Assembly (NCBI GenBank): GCA_035651895.1
Contig: DASREW010000032.1
Coordinates: 18,584-82,583 of the forward strand
Length of the DNA stretch: 64,000 bases
Reading direction: 5' to 3'
DNA from: Gaiellaceae bacterium
GTDB lineage: Bacteria; Actinomycetota; Thermoleophilia; Gaiellales; Gaiellaceae
A program made the position numbers and the translations under genes. Of the stretch, positions 36,407-46,278 are shown piece by piece (position 1 is the first letter of the stretch; every line of letters begins with the position of its first letter). The notes beneath the pieces are model-generated. The model was not told where the DNA came from. It was given only the letters and a program-made list of their open reading frames with translations, and searched no databases.

Positions 36407-38263
36407 CTACGCCGTTCCGGCGAAGAGCTCTTCCCAGCGGGCGAGCAGCGCCTCGAGCTGCGCGCGCGCCTTCGCGTGCTCGGCGACGAGCGCCGCATCC
36501 GACCAGTCGGCGGCGAGCTTCTGCTCGATCTCGGCGAGTCGCGCCTCGGCCTGCTCCACGTCGCGTTCGACGAGCTCGAGGTCGCTCGGTCCCGGCCGCG
36601 GCTCGCGCTTCGGCCGCTCGCGCTTCGGCTTCGGCGGCGGTGCAGGCTGAGCGACCGACTCCTCCGCCAGGGCACGCTGGTAGTCCGCCCAGCCGCCCGG
36701 GTAGGAGGCGATGCCGCGGTCCTCGACGGCGAGCAGCCGCCCGGCGACCGCGTCGAGCAGCGCGCGGTCGTGCGACACGAGCAGCACCGTGCCGGGGAAC
36801 GCCTCGAGCGCGGCTTCGAGCGACTCGCGCGATTCGAGGTCGAGGTGGTTCGTCGGCTCGTCGAGCACGAGGAAGTTCGCCCCCGACGCGACGACGATCG
36901 CGAGGGCGAGCCGGCGGCGCTCGCCGCCCGACAGCGAGACCACGCGCTTCTCGTGCTCGTCCCACCCGGAGAAGAGAAAGCGTCCGAGCAGCGCCTGCGC
37001 CTCCGGCCGCTTCAGGCCCGTGCCGGCCATCGCCGCTTCCAGCACCGAGCCGCGCTCGTCGAGCTCCGACTCGTGCTGGGAGAAGTACGCCGCCTCCACG
37101 CCGTGGCCGAGCCGCACCTTGCCGCTCACCGCGTCCCGGCCGCCGAGCATCGTCTCGAGCAGCGTCGTCTTCCCGGAGCCGTTCGGCCCGACGAGCGCGA
37201 CGTGCTCGCCGCGCTCGATCGCGAACGAGGCGTCCGCGAGCAGGAGCTTGTCCCCGGCCTGGACGCGCAGGCCTTCGGCGACGACGACGTCGCGACCGGA
37301 CCGCGGCGGCTTGAGGAACTCGAAGCCGAGCGTGCGCCGGCGATGGTCCGGCGCGAGCACGCGGTTCGACTCGATGCGCTTGATCTGCTTGAGCTTCGAC
37401 TGCGCCTGCCGCGCCTTCGACGCCTTGTACCGGAACCGCTCGACGAAGCGCTCGAGCCGCGCGAGCTGCTCCGCCTGCCGCTCGGCGGTCTTCGCCTGAT
37501 GCACATCGCGCGCCGCCTGCTCGCGGCGCCACACGTGCCAGGCGCCGGGGAAGTACACCGACTTCCCGCCCTCGAGCTCGAGCACGGCGGTCGTGACCGC
37601 TTCGAGGAACCAGCGGTCGTGCGCGACGAGGATCACCGCCGCATCGAGCGTGCGCAGCATCTCCTCGAGCCACTCGAGCGACTCGATGTCCAGATGGTTC
37701 GTGGGCTCGTCGAGCAGCAGCAGGTCGGGCTGCGACGCGAGTGCCCGCGCAAGCGAGGCGCGTGTCAGCTCGCCGCCCGAGAATGTCGCGAGCGGGCGGT
37801 CGAGGTCGGCTTCCGTGAAGCCGAGCCCGCGGACGAAGCCGGCCGCGCGGTCGCGCCAGTCGTAGCCGCCGGCGTGCTCGAGCCGGGCTTGCGCCTCGGC
37901 GTAGCGGCGCAGCGTGGCCGGATCGTGGTCGCCGGCGGCCATGCGCTCCTCGAGCGCGCGCAGCTCGCCTTCCACCGCAGCGAGATCGGCGGTCCCGGCG
38001 AGGACGTACTCGCGGAGCGGGGCCCGGGACTGCGCCGGCGGCCGCTGGTCGTGCAGCGCGATGCGAGCCCCCTTCTCGAAGGCGAGCTCGCCGCCCTCCA
38101 GCGACACCTCGCCGGCAAGGGCGCGCAGCAGCGTCGTCTTCCCGGCGCCGTTCGGGCCGGCGAGCGCGAGCCGGTCACGGCGCTCGACCTTGAACGAGAC
38201 GCCGTCGAAGAGCACGCCGCCGGAAAGCTCCTTCCGGAGCGAGGACGCGATGAGCACCGCCAT
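36407..38263 (-). CDS. ABC-F family ATPase (two ABC domains, no TM domain)
   Basis: 618 aa with two Walker A motifs (GPNGAGKTT, GPNGSGKTT), two LSGGE signatures, an inter-domain linker and a C-terminal coiled coil. Confidence 0.9.
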   Translation of the reverse strand: MAVLIASSLRKELSGGVLFDGVSFKVERRDRLALAGPNGAGKTTLLRALAGEVSLEGGELAFEKGARIALHDQRPPAQSRAPLREYVLAGTADLAAVEGELRALEERMAAGDHDPATLRRYAEAQARLEHAGGYDWRDRAAGFVRGLGFTEADLDRPLATFSGGELTRASLARALASQPDLLLLDEPTNHLDIESLEWLEEMLRTLDAAVILVAHDRWFLEAVTTAVLELEGGKSVYFPGAWHVWRREQAARDVHQAKTAERQAEQLARLERFVERFRYKASKARQAQSKLKQIKRIESNRVLAPDHRRRTLGFEFLKPPRSGRDVVVAEGLRVQAGDKLLLADASFAIERGEHVALVGPNGSGKTTLLETMLGGRDAVSGKVRLGHGVEAAYFSQHESELDERGSVLEAAMAGTGLKRPEAQALLGRFLFSGWDEHEKRVVSLSGGERRRLALAIVVASGANFLVLDEPTNHLDLESRESLEAALEAFPGTVLLVSHDRALLDAVAGRLLAVEDRGIASYPGGWADYQRALAEESVAQPAPPPKPKRERPKREPRPGPSDLELVERDVEQAEARLAEIEQKLAADWSDAALVAEHAKARAQLEALLARWEELFAGTA

Positions 38264-38346
38264 GCCCAGAAACTATCCTGCGTGGGATTCCGCTCCAGAT
38301 CCCGAACTACGTTCGTGACGCGCGATTCGGCCTGACGGGGCGGATC

Positions 38347-40179
38347 GTGATCGTCGGCCTCGTGCTGGCGGTCCTGTTCGTCGTCCAGCTCGTCCTGACG
38401 CTCTCGTCGTACAGCTCGATCCGCCACCACACGAAGCAGGCCGATCACGCGGAGCGCTCGATCGTCGCCGCGGTCGACATGGAGAAGACGATCCTGAACG
38501 TCTCGTCGGGAACGCGCGGCTACGTGCTCACCCACGACCCGAGCTACCACACGATGTTCCTCCAGGCGCGCGCTGCACTGCCGAAGCAGGCGCGCCTCCT
38601 CGCGTCGCTCGCCCCCGGGCCGGGCACCGCCACGATCAACGCGGCGTGGCGCTCGTACGTGGCGACGTTCGCGAGCCCGCTCGTGGCGGAGACGAAGACG
38701 GATCCGGCACGGGCCCGCGCGCGTGTGTCGAGCGTCGTCAGCCTGCGTCTGATCAGCCACATCCGCGCGCTCATCGACAACTTCATCTCCGAGCAGAACA
38801 CCCGGTCGGCGAACGACCGCCAGGCGGTCGCGGACGCGGAGCACCGCGGCAACCGGCTCGAGGTCATCGGTGCGCTCGTTCGCGTCGTGCTCTTCGCCGT
38901 GATTCTCCTCTACGTGTTCCGCGCGGTGATCGCGCCGCTGCGCCGCGCCGCCGCGGCGACCAAGCAGATCGCGGCGGGAGAGCTCGCCGTCGAGCTTCCA
39001 CCGGGCGGCGTCGGCGAGGTCGGAGACCTCGCGCGCTCGTTCAACGAGATGGCCCGCTCGCTCGAACGCGGCCGGGCGACGCTCGAAGAGCAGAACGACG
39101 ACCTCGAGCGGCTCGCGACGATGCTGCGCGCGGTGCTCGACTCGACGGTGGACGGGATCCTGCTCTCGGACTCCGACGGGAACGTGCAGCTCGCGAACCG
39201 CCCCATCGTCACGCTCACGCGCGATCTCGGCATGTCGTACGACGGTCCCGTCGTCGACCGGTTGCTTTCGGTCGAGGAGCGCATGAAGAACCCCGAGGAG
39301 TACCGCGCCGCGATGGAGCGGCTGCGCGCGAACCCGACCGAGCCGACGTTCGACGAGTTCGAGGACACGGTCAGCGGTCGCGTCTTCCAGGGCTTCACGA
39401 GCCCGGTGCGGGACGATCGCGGCACGTTCCTCGGTCGCGTGTGGACGCTGCGCGAGGTGACGCAGCAGCGCGAGCTCGACCGGCTGAAGGACGACTTCGT
39501 CGCGACGGTCTCGCACGAGCTGCGGACGCCGCTCACCTCGATGATGGGGTTCCTCGAGATGATCCGCGAAGGAGAGGCGGGGCAGCTGAACGACGAGCAG
39601 AACCGCTTCCTCGCGATCGTCTACCGCAGCTCCGAGCGGCTGCAGCGCCTCGTTGGAGACCTGCTCTTCGTTGCGCGCCTCGACGCGAACGGGCTGCAGC
39701 TCCAGTTCGCGAACGTTCGCGTCGACGAGATCGTGCACGACTGCGTCGAAGCTTCGAGCGCGCTCGCGCGTTCGCGTGACGTCGAGCTTCGCGCGGAGCT
39801 GCAGGAGGTCGAGCCCGTATGGGCCGACCGCGAGCGTCTCTCACAGCTCGTCTCGAACCTGGTGTCGAACGCGATCAAGTTCACGCCGGCCGGCGGCGCG
39901 GTCACGGCGCGCACCTTCGCCGAGAACGGCGATGCGGTCATCCAGATCGAGGACACCGGCATCGGCATTCCGAAGGGCGAGCAGGATCGGCTCTTCCAGC
40001 GGTTCTTCCGGTCCTCGACCGCGACCGAGCAGGCGATCCCCGGCACCGGCCTCGGCCTCGTCATCTCGAAGGCGATCGCCGAGGCGCACGGCGGCGGGAT
40101 CTCGGTTCGCTCGGACGCCGGCGCAGGCACGTGCTTCACCGTGCGGCTCCCGCTCGAACGCAGAGAGGCTGCCGCCTGA
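38347..40179 (+). CDS. Sensor histidine kinase (CHASE3-like sensor, HAMP, PAS, HisKA, HATPase_c)
   Basis: 610 aa with H-box FVATVSHELRTPLTS, N box NAIKFTP, and G boxes DTGIGIP and GTGLGL. No cognate response regulator is adjacent. Confidence 0.88.
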   Translation: MIVGLVLAVLFVVQLVLTLSSYSSIRHHTKQADHAERSIVAAVDMEKTILNVSSGTRGYVLTHDPSYHTMFLQARAALPKQARLLASLAPGPGTATINAAWRSYVATFASPLVAETKTDPARARARVSSVVSLRLISHIRALIDNFISEQNTRSANDRQAVADAEHRGNRLEVIGALVRVVLFAVILLYVFRAVIAPLRRAAAATKQIAAGELAVELPPGGVGEVGDLARSFNEMARSLERGRATLEEQNDDLERLATMLRAVLDSTVDGILLSDSDGNVQLANRPIVTLTRDLGMSYDGPVVDRLLSVEERMKNPEEYRAAMERLRANPTEPTFDEFEDTVSGRVFQGFTSPVRDDRGTFLGRVWTLREVTQQRELDRLKDDFVATVSHELRTPLTSMMGFLEMIREGEAGQLNDEQNRFLAIVYRSSERLQRLVGDLLFVARLDANGLQLQFANVRVDEIVHDCVEASSALARSRDVELRAELQEVEPVWADRERLSQLVSNLVSNAIKFTPAGGAVTARTFAENGDAVIQIEDTGIGIPKGEQDRLFQRFFRSSTATEQAIPGTGLGLVISKAIAEAHGGGISVRSDAGAGTCFTVRLPLERREAAA

Positions 40180-41453
40180 CGCGGATCGTCTCGCTCGACG
40201 TCGGCTCGTCGTCCGTGCGTGCCGTCGCCTACGGCGAGGACGGTGTCGCCGAGCCCGGCGACGCACACTTCGCGTACGCGTCGCACGACGCGGACGATCT
40301 CGTTGCCGCATGCCGCGCGGTGCTCGCACAGGTCGGCGAAGGCGATGCGATCGCGATCTCGTGCTTCTGGCATTCGCTGCTCCCGGTCGACGGCGACAAC
40401 CGGCCGCTGTCGCAGCTCCTCACCTGGCGCGACATCGCGGGCGACCCACCGGCGCTCGATCCCGTCGCCTACCACAGCCGCACGGGCTGCTTCCTGCATC
40501 CGTCCTTCTGGCCGGCGAAGCTCGGGCAGGTTCGCGCGACGCGCTACCTCTCGTTCGCCGACTACCTGCTGCTGCATCTGACCGGCGAGCTGCGGACGAC
40601 GGTCTCGATGGCGAGCGGCACGGGGCTCTTCGATCCGAACCGGCTCGCGTGGGACGAGGAGACGCTCGCGGCGTGCGGCATCGAGGCCGGGCAGCTCGCG
40701 CCCATCTCGGACGAGCCGGTCGCGGGCGTCTATCCGGCGCTCGGCGACGGCGCCTGCTCGAACGTCGGCAGCGGCTGCACGACCCGGGGTCGCGCGGCCG
40801 TGATGGTCGGCACGTCGGCCGCGACCCGCGTGATCTACGAAGCCGCGTCTGCCGACCCGCGGCCGGGGCTCTTTCTCTACCGCCTCGACGAGCGGCGGTT
40901 CTGCGAGGGCGGCGCGCTCTCCGACGGCGGCAACCTGCACGCATGGCTCGTGCGCACCCTGCAGGTGGCCGGCGACGAGGGCCTCGCCGAGCGGCCGCCG
41001 GCCGCGCACGGCCTCGTCTTCCTGCCGTTCCTCGGCGGCGAGCGCTCGCTCGGCTGGAACCCGGACCGGCGCGGGCTCATCGCCGGGCTGTCGTTCGCGA
41101 CCACGGCCGCCGACATCCAGCAGGCCGCGCTCGAGGGCGTCGCCTACCGGCTCGCCGACGTGCTCGCTGCGATCGGCGACCTCGACTCCGTCGTCGCCAC
41201 CGGCGGCGGACTGCTCGCGAGCCCGGCGTGGCTCCAGGTGCTCGCGGACGTGCTCGGCCGGCCGGTCGAGGTGTCGGCCGAGCCGGAGGGATCGGCGCGC
41301 GGCGCGGCCGTCGTCGCGCTCGAGCGGCTCGGGCTGCCGACGCCCCCGGCGCCTGTCGTGCGGATCGTCGAGCCGCGACTCGACCGGCTGGAGATCCATC
41401 TGCGCGCGCGCGAAGAACAACGGATACTCATGCAGGCACAGGAGGCGACATGA
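40176..41453 (+). CDS. FGGY-family carbohydrate kinase (gluconokinase-like; probable CTG start)
   Basis: (M)TRIVSLDVGSSSVRAV is the canonical FGGY N-terminus. CTG 40176 overlaps the HK stop (CTGA), with GAGAGG 7 nt upstream. The nearest canonical start, GTG 40131, adds 15 junk-like residues. Confidence 0.8.
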   Translation: MTRIVSLDVGSSSVRAVAYGEDGVAEPGDAHFAYASHDADDLVAACRAVLAQVGEGDAIAISCFWHSLLPVDGDNRPLSQLLTWRDIAGDPPALDPVAYHSRTGCFLHPSFWPAKLGQVRATRYLSFADYLLLHLTGELRTTVSMASGTGLFDPNRLAWDEETLAACGIEAGQLAPISDEPVAGVYPALGDGACSNVGSGCTTRGRAAVMVGTSAATRVIYEAASADPRPGLFLYRLDERRFCEGGALSDGGNLHAWLVRTLQVAGDEGLAERPPAAHGLVFLPFLGGERSLGWNPDRRGLIAGLSFATTAADIQQAALEGVAYRLADVLAAIGDLDSVVATGGGLLASPAWLQVLADVLGRPVEVSAEPEGSARGAAVVALERLGLPTPPAPVVRIVEPRLDRLEIHLRAREEQRILMQAQEAT

Positions 41454-42487
41454 TCGGGATCGTGGGGGGCGGCCTGGCGGCCGCGAAGCTCGTCGAGGGG
41501 TATCGCGAGGCAGGCGGTGACGACGAGATCGTCATCTGGTCGCTCGACCCGCACGGTCCGTACCACCGGCCGCCGCTCTCGAAGCGGCTGCTGCGCGGCG
41601 AGGCCGAGCCGAAGGATGCGCTGATCGCCGTGGAGGGCGCCGACGTGCGCACCGGCGAGCGGATCGAGTCGCTCGACCAGATCGAAGCGGACACGATCGT
41701 CATCGCGACGGGTGCGACGCCGCGCACCCTCCCGGGCACGCTCGAGTTCAGGACGCTCGACGACTCGCTCGGGCTGCGCGAGCGCGCCGCTTCGGCGCGG
41801 ACCGCGACGGTCATCGGCGGCGGCTTCATCGGCTGCGAGGTCACCGCCTCGCTGACGCAGCTCGGGCTGCAGGTGACGCAGATCGTGCGTGAGCCCCGCG
41901 TCTTCGCGCCCCTGGAGTGCCCGCCGCTCTCGGAGGCGCTGCACGACCTCTACCGGGCGAAGGGCGTCGACCTCCGGCTCGAGGAGTCTGAGATCCCGGA
42001 AGCAGACCTCGTCGTCGCCGGCATCGGCGTGGTGCCGAATGTCGAGCTGGCCCGGGAGGCGGGGCTCGAGGTGCGGAGCGGCGTCGTCGTCGACGAGCAG
42101 TTCCGCACCGCCCGTGACGGCGTGTACGCGATCGGCGACGTCGCCGAGTTCTACGACCCGCTCTACCGCCGCCACCGCCGCATCGAGCACTGGTCGAACG
42201 CCGCCTACCACGGGACGACGCTCGGCAAGATCCTCGCCGGCGAGGACGCCCGCTACGACATCGTCTCCTCGTTCTTCTCGGAGGAGTTCGGCAAGAGCTT
42301 CCGCAGCTACGGCGACGCCTCCGGTCACGACGGAACGCGCCTCGAAGGCGACTTCCACGGGGAGCACGCGGTCTTCCGCTTCACCCGCGGCGGCCGGACG
42401 ATCGCCGCCGTCGCCACCGGCCTCGACGACGAGGAGCAATCGGCGCTCCAGGAGGAGATCAGAGCCGGCGCGACGACCACCGCATAG
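41450..42487 (+). CDS. NAD(P)/FAD-dependent pyridine nucleotide-disulfide oxidoreductase (ferredoxin-reductase-like)
   Basis: 345 aa: [33 protein letters not shown]. The ATG overlaps the FGGY stop (ATGA). Confidence 0.85.
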   Translation: MIGIVGGGLAAAKLVEGYREAGGDDEIVIWSLDPHGPYHRPPLSKRLLRGEAEPKDALIAVEGADVRTGERIESLDQIEADTIVIATGATPRTLPGTLEFRTLDDSLGLRERAASARTATVIGGGFIGCEVTASLTQLGLQVTQIVREPRVFAPLECPPLSEALHDLYRAKGVDLRLEESEIPEADLVVAGIGVVPNVELAREAGLEVRSGVVVDEQFRTARDGVYAIGDVAEFYDPLYRRHRRIEHWSNAAYHGTTLGKILAGEDARYDIVSSFFSEEFGKSFRSYGDASGHDGTRLEGDFHGEHAVFRFTRGGRTIAAVATGLDDEEQSALQEEIRAGATTTA

Positions 42488-42528
42488 TCGTTACGCTCGC
42501 AGGGAAGCGGACCCTGCGAGGAGGAGCG

Positions 42529-44523
42529 TTGGCGAACTCGGAGATCGAACAGCTCTCCATCGACACGATCAGGACGCTGTCGATGGACGCGGTGCAGAAG
42601 GCGAACATCGGCCACCCCGGCACGGCGATGGCGCTGGCGCCGCTCGCGTACCTCCTCTACACGGAGGTGCTGGACCACAATCCGGCGCACCCGCACTGGC
42701 CGAACCGCGACCGGTTCGTGCTCAGCGCGGGCCACGCGTGCATCCTCCAGTACTCGGCGCTCCACCTGACCGGCTACAACCTCTCGCTCGAGGAGCTGAA
42801 GCGCTTCCGGCAGTGGCAGTCGGCGACCCCCGGTCACCCCGAGTTCCGGCACACCGAGGGTGTCGAGGTCACCACCGGCCCGCTGGGTCAGGGGTTCGCG
42901 AACGGCGTCGGCATGGGCTTCGCCGAGCGCTTCCTCGCGGCGACGTTCAACCGCCCGCACCACGAGATCGTCGACCACCACGTCTACGTCATCTGCAGCG
43001 ACGGCGACCTGATGGAGGGCGTCTCCTACGAGGCGGCGTCGCTCGCCGGGACGAACGCGCTCGGGAAGCTCATCTACTTCTACGACGACAACCACATCTC
43101 GATCGACGGCACGACTGCCATCTCGTTCACCGAGGATCGCGGTGCGCGCTTCGAGGCGCTCGGCTGGCACGTCCAGCATGTGAGCGACGCGAACGACCTC
43201 GATGCGCTGCGGGCCGCGATCGCGAACGCCCAGGACGAGACGGCGAAGCCGTCGGTCATCGTCGTCCGCTCGCACATCGGCTACCCGGCCCCGCACGCGA
43301 CCGACACCGCGAAGGCGCACGGCAGCCCGCTCGGCGCAGACGAGGTGGCGGCGACGAAGAAGGTCATGGGCTGGGACCCCGACAAGTTCTTCTACGTCCC
43401 GGCCGAGGTCTACGAGCACATGAACCGCGTCGACCGCGGCATCGAGCTCGAGACGGCGTGGGAGCAGCGCTTCTCCGCCTGGTCGGAGGCGTTTCCGGAG
43501 GCGCGCGAGAAGTGGGACGCCGCCTGGGAAGGACGGATCGGCGCGTGGGACCTGCCCGAGTTCGAGGCGGGCGAGGAGCTCGCGACGCGCGACGCCGGCA
43601 AGGCGGTGATGCAGGCGTTCAAGGATGCGGTGCCGACGATGATCGGCGGTGCCGCCGACCTCGTCGAGTCGACGAAGACCGAGTTCGTGGGCGGCGGCCT
43701 CTTCTCCGACAAGTGGGCCGGCCGCAACATCGCCTTCGGCATTCGGGAGCATGCGATGGGCTCGATCGTCAACGGCATCGCGGTGCATGGAGGTTGCGTG
43801 TCGCCCTACGGGTCGACGTTCCTGATCTTCAGCGACTACATGCGTCCCGCTGTGCGGTTGTCGGCGCTGATGGGGCTCCCCGTCGTGTGGGCGTGGTCGC
43901 ACGACTCGGTCGGGCTCGGCGAGGACGGACCGACCCACCAGCCGATCGAGACGTACGCGGCGCTGCGCGCGATCCCGAACTTCTGGTTCATGCGGCCGGC
44001 CGACGCCAACGAGACCGCGTATGCGTGGAAGGTCGCGCTCGAGCGCACGGACGGCCCGGTCGGCCTATCCTTCTCGCGACAGAAGGTGCCGACGCTCGAC
44101 CGGTCCGACCTGGCGCCGGCGTCGATGCTGGAACGCGGCGCGTACACGCTGTGGGAGTCCGGCTCGCCCGATCTGATCCTGATCGCGACCGGCGCCGAGG
44201 TCGGGCTCGCGCTCGAAGCGGGACGCAAGCTCGCCGCCGACGGCACCGCGGTCCGCGTCGTCTCGATGCCGTGCTGGGAGCTCTTCGAGGAGCAGCCGGC
44301 CGAGTACCGGGACGAGGTGCTGCCGCCGGAGGTCAAGGCCCGGCTGTCGATCGAGCCGGGCGTCGCCCAGGGCTGGTCGCGCTGGGTCGGCGACCGCGGT
44401 GCGTCGATCTCGATCGAGCACTTCGGCGCCTCGGCCCCGGGCACGACGGTCCTGGAGCAGTTCGGCTACAACCTGGACAACGTCGTGGCGCGCGCATCGG
44501 CGCTCCTGGAGCGTGTCTCGTGA
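42529..44523 (+). CDS. tkt: Transketolase
   Basis: 664 aa: [37 protein letters not shown] start preceded by GGAGGAG. Confidence 0.93.
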   Translation: MANSEIEQLSIDTIRTLSMDAVQKANIGHPGTAMALAPLAYLLYTEVLDHNPAHPHWPNRDRFVLSAGHACILQYSALHLTGYNLSLEELKRFRQWQSATPGHPEFRHTEGVEVTTGPLGQGFANGVGMGFAERFLAATFNRPHHEIVDHHVYVICSDGDLMEGVSYEAASLAGTNALGKLIYFYDDNHISIDGTTAISFTEDRGARFEALGWHVQHVSDANDLDALRAAIANAQDETAKPSVIVVRSHIGYPAPHATDTAKAHGSPLGADEVAATKKVMGWDPDKFFYVPAEVYEHMNRVDRGIELETAWEQRFSAWSEAFPEAREKWDAAWEGRIGAWDLPEFEAGEELATRDAGKAVMQAFKDAVPTMIGGAADLVESTKTEFVGGGLFSDKWAGRNIAFGIREHAMGSIVNGIAVHGGCVSPYGSTFLIFSDYMRPAVRLSALMGLPVVWAWSHDSVGLGEDGPTHQPIETYAALRAIPNFWFMRPADANETAYAWKVALERTDGPVGLSFSRQKVPTLDRSDLAPASMLERGAYTLWESGSPDLILIATGAEVGLALEAGRKLAADGTAVRVVSMPCWELFEEQPAEYRDEVLPPEVKARLSIEPGVAQGWSRWVGDRGASISIEHFGASAPGTTVLEQFGYNLDNVVARASALLERVS

Positions 44524-44726
44524 GTGAGGCGGATGCGGTGAGGACGTTCCTGTCGCTCGTGTCTCCCGGCTTCTGCATGGAGGGCGAGCTGCCGGCCGTG
44601 CACCTCGAAGGGATCGAGGTGCGGCACGACGGGCACGCGGTGGCCATGGTGCAGGCGGATGGGCGCACGCTGCCGCTCCGCTTCACCTTCGACGAAGGTC
44701 GCATCGCACGCGTCGAGGTGCTGTAG
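44520..44726 (+). CDS. 68-aa hypothetical protein wedged between tkt and rpiB
   Basis: [68 protein letters not shown]. The GTG overlaps the tkt stop (GTGA) and its stop TAG directly abuts the rpiB GTG. Confidence 0.5.
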   Translation: MSEADAVRTFLSLVSPGFCMEGELPAVHLEGIEVRHDGHAVAMVQADGRTLPLRFTFDEGRIARVEVL

Positions 44727-45194
44727 GTGCGTGTAGCGGCCGCCTTCGACCACCGGGGCGTGCATCTCAGGGAGGCCGTGCTCGAAGTGCTGGCCGAGCA
44801 CGAGGTCATCGACTTCGGCACCGACACCGATGCGGTGCGCATCGACTATCCCGACAAGGCGCGCGAGGTCGGCGAGGCGATCCAGCGCGGCGACGCCGAG
44901 CGGGCTGTGCTCGTGTGCGGCTCGGGTGTCGGCGCTGCGGTGGCCGCCTGCAAGATGACCGGGATCCGCGCTGCGATCTGCCATGACTCCTACAGCGCGC
45001 ATCAGGGCGTGGAGCACGACGACATGAACGTGCTCTGCCTCGGCTCCGAGATCGTCGGCCCATCGTTGGCACGCGAGCTCGTAGCGGCGTTTTTGAACGC
45101 GACCTTCATCGGGACCGGCCGGTATGCCGAGCGCCTGGTCAAGGTCGCCGAGATGGAAAGGACGATGAAGAATGGCGAAGTCACGCCTGCATGA
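44727..45194 (+). CDS. rpiB: Ribose-5-phosphate isomerase B
   Basis: 155 aa: VLVCGSGVGAAVAACKMTGIRAAICHDSYSA. Confidence 0.9.
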   Translation: MRVAAAFDHRGVHLREAVLEVLAEHEVIDFGTDTDAVRIDYPDKAREVGEAIQRGDAERAVLVCGSGVGAAVAACKMTGIRAAICHDSYSAHQGVEHDDMNVLCLGSEIVGPSLARELVAAFLNATFIGTGRYAERLVKVAEMERTMKNGEVTPA

Positions 45195-46278
45195 GCTCGC
45201 CGCGCGCGGGCAGTCGGTCTGGTTCGACACGCTCTCGCGCGAGCTCGTCAAGTCCGGCGAGCTGAAGCGGATGATGAAGGACGACGCCGTGACCGGCGTC
45301 ACGTCGAACCCGACGATCTTCCAGAAGGCGCTGTCGTCGGGCGACGCCTACGACGAAGACATGAAGAAGCTGCTCGAGGAGACGGACGATCCCGCCGAGA
45401 TCTTCTTCTCGCTCGCGCTGCAGGACATCCGCGATGCGTGCGACACGCTCAAGCCCGCGTACGACGCGTCGAACGGCGCCGACGGCTACGTGTCGATGGA
45501 GGTTCTGCCGGGCCTCGCGTACGACACCGAAGGGACGTTCGACCAGGTGCGGTACATCGCGAAGGAGGTCGAGCGGCCGAACCTGATGATCAAGATCCCG
45601 GCGACGGTGCCCGGGTTGCCGGCGATTGAGGACGCGATCGCGCACGGCACCTCGATCAACATCACGCTGATCTTCTCGCTCGACCGCTACAAGGCGGTCG
45701 TCGAGGCCTACATCCGCGGGCTCGAACGGCTCGTCGCCGGCGGCGGCGATCCTTCGAAGATCGCGTCGGTCGCATCGTTCTTCGTGTCGCGCGTCGACAC
45801 CGAGGCGGACAAGCGGCTCGAAGCGCTCGGCAAGCCGAAGCTCGAGGGGAAGCTCGCGATCGCGAACGCGAAGCTCGCGTACGAGCACTACCTCGAGGCG
45901 TTCTCGGGCCCGCGCTGGGAGTTCCTCGAAGGCAAGGGCGCGACGAAGCAGCGGTGCCTGTGGGCGTCGACGTCGACGAAGAACCCGAACTACCGCGACG
46001 TGATCTACGTCGAGGAGTTGATCGGCCCGGAGACGGTGAACACGATGCCGCTCGAGACGATCGAGGCGTTCCAGGATCACGGCGAGGTCCGCGGCGACAC
46101 CGTGCTCGAGCGCGTCGACGAGGCGCACAAGCTGCTCGGCGAGCTCGCGAAGGCCGGCGTCGACTACGACGACGTGACCGACACGCTCGAGGCCGAAGGC
46201 GTGCAGAAGTTCGCCGACTCGTTCGACGAGATCGTCGAGTCGATCCGCGCGAAGCGCGGCTCGCTGGCGGCTGCTTGA
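45172..46278 (+). CDS. tal: Transaldolase
   Basis: 368 aa: QSVWFDTLSR, VTSNPTIFQKA, KIPAT. Confidence 0.92.
   Translation: MAKSRLHELAARGQSVWFDTLSRELVKSGELKRMMKDDAVTGVTSNPTIFQKALSSGDAYDEDMKKLLEETDDPAEIFFSLALQDIRDACDTLKPAYDASNGADGYVSMEVLPGLAYDTEGTFDQVRYIAKEVERPNLMIKIPATVPGLPAIEDAIAHGTSINITLIFSLDRYKAVVEAYIRGLERLVAGGGDPSKIASVASFFVSRVDTEADKRLEALGKPKLEGKLAIANAKLAYEHYLEAFSGPRWEFLEGKGATKQRCLWASTSTKNPNYRDVIYVEELIGPETVNTMPLETIEAFQDHGEVRGDTVLERVDEAHKLLGELAKAGVDYDDVTDTLEAEGVQKFADSFDEIVESIRAKRGSLAAA

Noticed and set aside
36401-36425. The reverse complement reads GGCGTAGAGGCTC at the AKR/ABC-F junction, resembling the element core.
   Set aside because: It has a 2-nt insertion in the core and no hairpins, and the sequence is the ABC-F C-terminal coding region plus its stop.
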